Positions 57,966 to 64,000 of a stretch of 64,000 nucleotides of DNA are shown one piece after another. The position numbers were made by a program, and so were the translations under genes. A model generated the notes under the pieces. It was not told the DNA's origin and did not search any database. It saw only the letters and a list, made by a program, of their open reading frames with translations. Position 1 is the first letter of the stretch. Every line of letters starts with the position of its first letter. The stretch covers positions 4,368 through 68,367 of the IMG/VR virus record IMGVR_UViG_3300029952_000010, one strand, 5' to 3'. The stretch is from a virus.

Positions 57966-58343
57966 TTATCTCAATTGCCACGGAACTAAATACTCATTGC
58001 CTAACTTTGGAAACCCTAATTTCTTACGCCATAAAGTTGCGTTATTTCTTACAACATCAAGCGAATGATTAGGTAGTAAATCAGCTATGTATAGGCATTT
58101 TTTACCAATATTGGCGAATAATATCAATCTTTCACATCCGTTAAGACCACGGTGTTGTTTAATTTTTACCGGCTTTAACTTCTTTAACGTAGGTGGCGGC
58201 AATATGATTGTCATTGTTTCCCGTGGTGCTTTGTTTCGGTTAATTTCGTAACAGTAAAAGCAATTACGCTTTGTGCATTCATGGGTATGTTGACCTGAAT
58301 TTATTTCGCCTTCCTTTCGTGATGTGGTTGATGTTGGGGTCAT
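57966..58343 (-). CDS. Hypothetical protein
   Basis: HxC...CxxC and HTH-like end. Confidence 0.55.
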   Translation of the reverse strand: MTPTSTTSRKEGEINSGQHTHECTKRNCFYCYEINRNKAPRETMTIILPPPTLKKLKPVKIKQHRGLNGCERLILFANIGKKCLYIADLLPNHSLDVVRNNATLWRKKLGFPKLGNEYLVPWQLR

Positions 58344-58354
58344 AAGAGGGTGGT

Positions 58355-59368
58355 TTAAATCAATGGTTCTTTATATAATTTTTTAGCTATCATTTCTACA
58401 ATATTGGTTGAAACACCATTACCGCATAACCTATACCTTTGAGTATCACTTAATTCTTTTAGTTTGCCATCAAATAAACCATACTTAGTCCAATCATCAG
58501 GTAACCCTTGAAGACGTTCATATTCTGTTGGAGTTAAATCTCTGAATAAATCATCACCTAAATAAATGCATTGGTTCAATCCAGTTTGTAAAGTTTGGGC
58601 TATTTGTTTCCCAACTCTCCCCCTCCTTGTTTTGCTCTCAGGGTATGCAGTATTTATGCTATCACCCACGGTTGCAATTTCATATCCGCTATTTGTTGCT
58701 GATTTAATTTTTACTATCGTATAATCACATCCTAATCTGCTTTTAGCACTTCTTGTACCGAGTGTACATGAAACTCCTTCTTTCGTATATCCGCCCTTCT
58801 TAACATCGCCTGTACGTTCTTCTCCGATAGGAAATATTTGTTTGCTACCTGAGCCTCTAAGATGTCCGACAAAGTATAACCGCTCTCTATTTTGGGGTAA
58901 TACCCAACGTGTATTAAAAAGCTGCATTTCAATGTCGTATTGTGGGCAACTTTCATTAAGGTAGGAGAGTATTTTAATACTTTCAACGATGTCAATACCT
59001 TTGTTGACGGTGAGTAATCCGAGTACGTTTTCAGCAATAAAATTCCGAGGTCTATATTTATCAATGACTTTAACTGCTTCGTAAAGTAAGCCGCTTCGTG
59101 TACCTGTTGATTGTCCTTTGCGTTTTCCAGCAATTGAATTATCTTGGCAAGGCCATCCGAAAGTAAACATGTCGATGTTGTCAATGATTCCGTTGCTACA
59201 AATAGCGTCAATTGATCCTGCATATATTGATTTTGAAAAATTAAATGAGTAATTCGCTATTGCATATTTATTTATTTCCGAATAATAAACTTTATTAAAC
59301 TGAAAGCCGGCATTTTCTAATCCTAAATGAAAACCACCTGTTCCACTAAACCCGTCTAAATAATTCAT
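58355..59368 (-). CDS. dcm: C5-cytosine DNA methyltransferase
   Basis: FSGTGG, GWPCQ, ENV, PQNRER, LTPTEYERLQG, RYRLCGNGV. Confidence 0.92.
   Translation of the reverse strand: MNYLDGFSGTGGFHLGLENAGFQFNKVYYSEINKYAIANYSFNFSKSIYAGSIDAICSNGIIDNIDMFTFGWPCQDNSIAGKRKGQSTGTRSGLLYEAVKVIDKYRPRNFIAENVLGLLTVNKGIDIVESIKILSYLNESCPQYDIEMQLFNTRWVLPQNRERLYFVGHLRGSGSKQIFPIGEERTGDVKKGGYTKEGVSCTLGTRSAKSRLGCDYTIVKIKSATNSGYEIATVGDSINTAYPESKTRRGRVGKQIAQTLQTGLNQCIYLGDDLFRDLTPTEYERLQGLPDDWTKYGLFDGKLKELSDTQRYRLCGNGVSTNIVEMIAKKLYKEPLI
58732..59223 (-). CDS. Nested alternate-frame ORF, EcoHK31I beta-polypeptide-like
   Basis: LSDILE.....KYFLS......MLRRA motif, wholly inside dcm. Confidence 0.55.
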   Translation of the reverse strand: MQDQLTLFVATESLTTSTCLLSDGLAKIIQLLENAKDNQQVHEAAYFTKQLKSLINIDLGILLLKTYSDYSPSTKVLTSLKVLKYSPTLMKVAHNTTLKCSFLIHVGYYPKIESGYTLSDILEAQVANKYFLSEKNVQAMLRRADIRKKEFHVHSVQEVLKAD

Positions 59369-59610
59369 TTATTTTCCATAATTTTAATTTGCAATTTCTC
59401 AATTGCTGTAAGTTTCTTATTAGACTGTTTTATTTCGGATGTTACCTGCTCCAATTCCACCTTTTCCTCACTCAACAACTCCACCAAGCAAGGAAACAAA
59501 ACGCCACGAGGTGAACGGCATATCAGGACGGGGTAGTGTTCCAGATTGACTATTTCGATGTGTTCGCCTTGTAGTGCGTATTTACGTAGGTTTTGGGTGG
59601 CGAAAGGCAT
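59365..59610 (-). CDS. Hypothetical protein
   Basis: Coupled at both ends. Confidence 0.6.
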   Translation of the reverse strand: MPFATQNLRKYALQGEHIEIVNLEHYPVLICRSPRGVLFPCLVELLSEEKVELEQVTSEIKQSNKKLTAIEKLQIKIMENK

Positions 59611-59840
59611 TAAACAGGTGTATTTAATATCTGTTCCGTCTTAACCTGTACAAACATAGCCTCCATCATATTTTCTGGCCCACTATCTGGTATACCGTCA
59701 AATAGCCCATTATCCATTGCAGTTAATAACGCATCAACACGTTTAGAGGCTTGTTCAGCATCGCAACCTATTGTTTCCATAGATATACGCTTCATGTCTG
59801 CTATACATTCTTCACGCTCTTTTCCTTCAAGTTGTATCAT
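59610..59840 (-). CDS. Hypothetical protein
   Basis: Operon packing. Confidence 0.6.
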   Translation of the reverse strand: MIQLEGKEREECIADMKRISMETIGCDAEQASKRVDALLTAMDNGLFDGIPDSGPENMMEAMFVQVKTEQILNTPV

Positions 59841-59878
59841 CTTCTTTTTTCTCCTTAATTATTTTTTGTCGGTGGGGG

Positions 59879-60871
59879 TTAAGCTGGAGTGTTGCTGTAT
59901 TTCTTAGTACAAAACTCTTCAACGGTTGATATATGTACACAATTAAAGTCTTTATCACGCCATTGTGTCCCGTAAATATCAACATATTTTTTATTAACAG
60001 CCTTAGTTCCAAATCGTAATTCGGCCAAAGCCAAAACAGATTCAATTTCGGTATTATCAATCTCTCCGACCCAGTCTTTTAATTTATATCCCGGTTCTGT
60101 TTTCCAGTCGTTCGGGGCGTAATTAAAAGCACAATCTAAAGGAGTGTCAGGAAAGTTTTCCTCCCATAATTGCTTTTCACATTCAATCTGAATGCCGTTT
60201 GTGCGGTAAAAATCATGCCTGCCCGACTTGAAGTTGATAATAGCGTTTACTCGTTTCCTACGTTTAGTTTCTTTGGGTTGACCTTTATTATCACCCGATT
60301 TATAAACTTCGCCAAAAAAACCAGTTTCGCTAACGTCCATTTGACAAACAAGGTCTATCAACGTGCCGAAGCCTTTTTCAGACAAAAGCACATATTCAAT
60401 GCCTAATGCTTTAACATTTCGCTCTTTGGTGAAATAAATAAACCCCGCTAAGTCTTGTTTTAATTTACGTGTCCAGTCTGGCACTTCTGCGGAATAGTAA
60501 TGATGCTCACCACAATATTCGTCAACTTCATCTTGTATCTTACCGAAGTCAATATTATTTTCAATTAGCCATTTACCAAATAACTTATGCATTAATGTGC
60601 CGTAGTGCTGCGCATCTTTTAAAAGCCTGCCTGATTCTACTAATCCGTTTTTACAATACCATTCAAGCAATGGGCGTTCCATTGGCGAACATTGGCTAAT
60701 AGCCGTTGTTAAGGATGTGTAAAGCCTAAATGGTTGTTCTATTGAACCATCCTCTAAAATCTTTACATAACTACGCCCACGGTCGCCGTATGATACTCTA
60801 CCGACTTTGTAAGGTGGCAAACGGAGGGCTGATTCATCAAACCACTCCGTATTTACTGATTCAAATTTCAT
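59879..60871 (-). CDS. PD-(D/E)xK exonuclease-like recombination protein
   Basis: SLTT, GT.MH, E...GTLID...INFKSG....Q. Confidence 0.7.
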   Translation of the reverse strand: MKFESVNTEWFDESALRLPPYKVGRVSYGDRGRSYVKILEDGSIEQPFRLYTSLTTAISQCSPMERPLLEWYCKNGLVESGRLLKDAQHYGTLMHKLFGKWLIENNIDFGKIQDEVDEYCGEHHYYSAEVPDWTRKLKQDLAGFIYFTKERNVKALGIEYVLLSEKGFGTLIDLVCQMDVSETGFFGEVYKSGDNKGQPKETKRRKRVNAIINFKSGRHDFYRTNGIQIECEKQLWEENFPDTPLDCAFNYAPNDWKTEPGYKLKDWVGEIDNTEIESVLALAELRFGTKAVNKKYVDIYGTQWRDKDFNCVHISTVEEFCTKKYSNTPA

Positions 60872-61662
60872 TCTGCTTTACCTCCACCAATTTCTAAAGG
60901 TTTAGCAGGCAATAACTGCAAAATCTGCTCTTGCTCGATCATCTTCGTTGTAACACGGTTCATATTGCCGCCCATATCAATATACTCCCTAACCATAGAT
61001 AACGTGTCCTGTGTGAAATTAGGCACTAAAGTTACAACGGGATAGTTCTTTGCTTCGCCAGGATTGTACCCAACTTTCTTTTCAACTATCAAGCTGAATG
61101 GGAAACCAATTATTGATCCGGCTTTTTCTTTTACCAAATCAAATGATTTTACTATTGACGGAATAGTAACTGCTTTAGCTTTGGTTTCAAACCGCCAATA
61201 ACCCATTATACCTTTCATTTCAAGCAATACAAACCGCAATGTTAGCATCTCATCCCATTTACCTACTGATTTAATAAGTTGTTGATTTTCGGTGGTGTCT
61301 GCAATTACATCACGATAAGCACCTTTGCCGCCGTTAGCGTGTAAGTCCCAAACAGTATAAGTTGTACCGTCTGAATAACCCCATCTTTTGCCCTTTTCCC
61401 AGCATTCGTAACGTTGGTTGCAAACCTCGCCTAAATCATCGCTAATAAAAGCAATGTTCAGCATTTTAGGTCTATCGCCAAACAGTTTTGTAAACTCATT
61501 GGCAAATGTGCCAGTAGGTTTAAAATAATCCAATGCGGTAGGATATTCAACTCCTTTTGCATTTACTTTTTTGTCACCGATTTTAATTTTACCAATCTCG
61601 GGTAAACTCGAAGCAGCATTTTCGGCTTTGCGTATGCTGATACGTCCTTTTTGATTTTCCAT
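60868..61662 (-). CDS. Gp3-like (recombination directionality factor family) putative strand-annealing protein
   Basis: LPEIGKIKIG...P..LDYF...G.W.F.TK; paired with exonuclease. Confidence 0.65.
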   Translation of the reverse strand: MENQKGRISIRKAENAASSLPEIGKIKIGDKKVNAKGVEYPTALDYFKPTGTFANEFTKLFGDRPKMLNIAFISDDLGEVCNQRYECWEKGKRWGYSDGTTYTVWDLHANGGKGAYRDVIADTTENQQLIKSVGKWDEMLTLRFVLLEMKGIMGYWRFETKAKAVTIPSIVKSFDLVKEKAGSIIGFPFSLIVEKKVGYNPGEAKNYPVVTLVPNFTQDTLSMVREYIDMGGNMNRVTTKMIEQEQILQLLPAKPLEIGGGKAE

Positions 61663-61707
61663 TTATGTGATTTTTTAATTTATTAAATATTACTTGCCAA
61701 GTCGGTG

Positions 61708-61989
61708 CTAAGAAACCAACCTCAATTCATCCACAATCTCCATTTCAACCGTTTCAGTAGTTTCAGCCAATAGGTCGATTAATGTTTGCCTATAACCCTC
61801 GATGTGCTTTTCACAATCTTGCATAGTTAGGTGGTAGTCGGTGTCGAGGTAAGATGTTGTTAACTCATAAGTTCCGTACAGGTTAATGATCCTGCTCCAT
61901 TCGTGCAGAATGCCGGATTTTTTAGCCATCGGGATGTATATCACATCTCCGTTCCGCTTTTTGATTTTTTTAATTGCGTATTTATACAT
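61708..61989 (-). CDS. Hypothetical protein
   Basis: ORF with A-rich leader. Confidence 0.6.
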   Translation of the reverse strand: MYKYAIKKIKKRNGDVIYIPMAKKSGILHEWSRIINLYGTYELTTSYLDTDYHLTMQDCEKHIEGYRQTLIDLLAETTETVEMEIVDELRLVS

Positions 61990-62001
61990 TTTGTTTAGAT
62001 T

Positions 62002-62244
62002 TTAAATAAATTCCTTAAAGCAAATCTTGCATTGCTTCTTTGATGTAAAATTTTGTTGTTGATACAAATGGTCTACAAGCATATTGCAAATTGATTTTTT
62101 ACCATCTACTGTAAGATGTATTGCTCTCCCTCTTGACAGCCCTGAGTCGTTTTGCATGTTAGGATGTGTGACATTACAAATAGCTTTGTTATCAACTAAA
62201 AAATTGCCTTTATCAGATATTGATAAGTGGTCTACATAACTCAT
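62002..62244 (-). CDS. Small Zn-binding protein
   Basis: H....C...CKIC. Confidence 0.55.
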   Translation of the reverse strand: MSYVDHLSISDKGNFLVDNKAICNVTHPNMQNDSGLSRGRAIHLTVDGKKSICNMLVDHLYQQQNFTSKKQCKICFKEFI

Positions 62245-62432
62245 ACTTCCCCCCTTTCCACATTCACCCCCTTAAACCCCCAAAGCATATCCTGATATTG
62301 CTTCATTTTTTTAAACGCCCTTAATGCGTTTTTAAAGTCGCCATAAGCGGTACGAAAGTCAGCCTCCCACTGCCAGTCGTAGTATTTGGTTAGGATTTCG
62401 GTGTAGGTCATGGTTAGTTCCATTTGCAGCAA
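62241..62432 (-). CDS. Hypothetical protein
   Basis: Operon packing. Confidence 0.55.
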   Translation of the reverse strand: MLQMELTMTYTEILTKYYDWQWEADFRTAYGDFKNALRAFKKMKQYQDMLWGFKGVNVERGEV

Positions 62433-62614
62433 CTAATTCTGCCGTTAGTTATAGTAACATTATCTAATTTACCCTCTATAGTCATTGGATATTCCCCGTC
62501 AGGTATTTTTACATTTTCAAACAACGGTTCATCTTCATTATAACCGTCTGGAACGAAATTGTAGTCATCTCTAAGATGTTTTTTAATTTCCTTTATGTAT
62601 GAGGTCATCCACAT
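62414..62614 (-). CDS. Hypothetical protein
   Basis: TAATG-coupled MWMTSY start. Confidence 0.55.
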   Translation of the reverse strand: MWMTSYIKEIKKHLRDDYNFVPDGYNEDEPLFENVKIPDGEYPMTIEGKLDNVTITNGRISCCKWN

Positions 62615-62835
62615 TATAATTCTTCTCCTGTTGCTAAATAGTGTTGGTACTGCCTTTGTGAGTAATCTTCTTCGCAATGAAATCGCATATCTGCTAAATC
62701 TTCGGCATCGAATATCGCATTGTCAACATTGCCGCATTCAGTAGCTATGCTTTTAATGATGGCTTTGTTTCCGTCAACGTCGCTTTCGATTTCATAGGCA
62801 ACTGTGTAACTGCCGTATTCTATGGTTCGTATCAT
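62614..62835 (-). CDS. Acidic hypothetical protein
   Basis: Operon packing. Confidence 0.6.
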   Translation of the reverse strand: MIRTIEYGSYTVAYEIESDVDGNKAIIKSIATECGNVDNAIFDAEDLADMRFHCEEDYSQRQYQHYLATGEEL

Positions 62836-62839
62836 TTTC

Positions 62840-63094
62840 TTATGAGTTTTGAGTGATATAATCTTTAATTACTTCATGCAGGTTTTCGTCAAGGTAGGCA
62901 GATGGCGGTATGATATCCCAATCACTATCAACATATTGGTTATAGCCCTCTTTGTCAACAAACTCAATCAACGCATCCTCACTAATCTGCATAGTCACGT
63001 TATTTTCATTCTCGCAACTTTCATCCCAGTAATCTACTATATAGGTATCTGCTTTTTTGGTTACTTTCAGGATGTCTATTTGTGCTGTTTTCAT
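62840..63094 (-). CDS. Acidic hypothetical protein
   Basis: D/E rich, MKT start. Confidence 0.6.
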   Translation of the reverse strand: MKTAQIDILKVTKKADTYIVDYWDESCENENNVTMQISEDALIEFVDKEGYNQYVDSDWDIIPPSAYLDENLHEVIKDYITQNS

Positions 63095-63166
63095 TTTTCT
63101 TTCGTTTAAAGTTTAAATAGCCCATAACGCAGGGACTACACGACCGTTCATAAACTTAGCGGTAAA

Positions 63167-64000
63167 CTAAACAGTTTCTTTAAAGAAATTAACAAATGTA
63201 ATATGCCCGAATTTGCCCTTAGTAAGCCCAATAATTTGAGCAATAGTATAAGATTTCTTTTCAACGCTATTGGAAGTTACAAAGGCCTTAGTCCCAAATG
63301 AACATGCGCCTGTTATTGAACGATATGCTTCGATGCCTTGCGAAAATGTTAATACATGCGTTAATGGCAGTCCTTTAAATTTAGATGTATCCCTATTGCC
63401 TATTTTATATAGCAAGTTTTCACGAGCTTCTTTTAGATTATCGCCATGTGCCCATTTATTGTTACCATCTGTTACAAGGTAAAACTCCTTTTGTTGCTGT
63501 ATTTTCTTTACCTTATAAACATTGCCCTTTTGGTGAGTTATTTCTGTAAATATGCCATCAGCTTTTATATATTTATTACCCCACGTTATCGGAGGTATAA
63601 CTACATTTTTTCTTACATGTTTATAATTTAAACCAGAGCGTAAATAAAGGTCGCCACCAACCGTAGGGTTGAATCCATCAGGCAGGGACGTTACAGAGCC
63701 TAAATAAAGGTCGCCACCAACCGTAGGGTTGAATCCATCAGGCAGGGACGTTACCGAGCCTAAATCAAGGTAGCCACCAACCGTAGGGTTGAATCCATCA
63801 GGCAGGGACGTTACAGAGCGTAAATAAAGGTCGCCACCAACCGTAGGGTTGAATCCATCAGGCAGGGACGTTACAGAGCGTAAATAAAGGTCGCCACCAA
63901 CCGTAGGGTTGAATCCATCAGGCAGGGACGTTACAGAGCCTAAATAAAGGTCGCCACCAACCGTAGGGTTGAATCCATCAGGCAGGGACGTTACCGAGCC
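63167..64000 (-). CDS. LRR-like repeat protein (5' truncated)
   Basis: Frame open from window end: (GSVTSLPDGFNPTVGGDLYL)n then ADGI, AHG, YRSITGACSFG domain; track shows only the last 82 aa. Confidence 0.8.
   Translation of the reverse strand, partial: GSVTSLPDGFNPTVGGDLYLGSVTSLPDGFNPTVGGDLYLRSVTSLPDGFNPTVGGDLYLRSVTSLPDGFNPTVGGYLDLGSVTSLPDGFNPTVGGDLYLGSVTSLPDGFNPTVGGDLYLRSGLNYKHVRKNVVIPPITWGNKYIKADGIFTEITHQKGNVYKVKKIQQQKEFYLVTDGNNKWAHGDNLKEARENLLYKIGNRDTSKFKGLPLTHVLTFSQGIEAYRSITGACSFGTKAFVTSNSVEKKSYTIAQIIGLTKGKFGHITFVNFFKETV
63641..64000. repeat. Coding tandem repeat, 60-bp unit, at least 6 copies
   Basis: Near-identical units differing at 4 positions. Confidence 0.97.

Noticed and set aside
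63641-64000. CRISPR-like array
   Set aside because: No unique spacers; 60-bp units are in-frame coding repeats; no cas genes
1-64000. Stop-codon reassignment as in some crAss-like phages
   Set aside because: Long structural genes are intact under code 11; TAG and TGA end genes before terminators or in ATGA overlaps
1-64000. Prophage boundary, integrase, retron or diversity-generating retroelement
   Set aside because: No recombinase, reverse transcriptase, TR/VR pair or host genes seen in this window

Overview
The whole window is part of a tailed dsDNA phage genome (podovirus-type morphogenesis module resembling Crassvirales and related Bacteroidota phages). Host inference rests on Bacteroidota-type TAnnTTTG promoters, A-rich SD-less starts and a DUF3127-like SSB. 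The minus strand carries replication/recombination genes (~53.2-64 kb), then GroES, terminase, portal, scaffold, major capsid, ring/muzzle-like and ejection proteins, an ATP-grasp enzyme, an SGNH tail spike and a lysis/membrane cassette. Several plus-strand islands of small genes with their own promoters interrupt it. I saw no integrase, virion RNA polymerase, tRNA, CRISPR array or stop-codon recoding. Most notable: (i) a recurring kissing-loop/pseudoknot 5' leader with fully covarying sequence before three unrelated genes; (ii) unannotated acidic micropeptides coupled to an ATP-grasp ligase and to a membrane protein; (iii) a mirror-symmetric TTATGCA iteron origin; (iv) a nested alternate-frame ORF in the C5-methyltransferase; (v) a circularly permuted GHKL ATPase; (vi) an Rlig1/DUF5565-like ligase; (vii) an apparently split muzzle gene. 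All family calls come from motif recognition by eye, not database searches.
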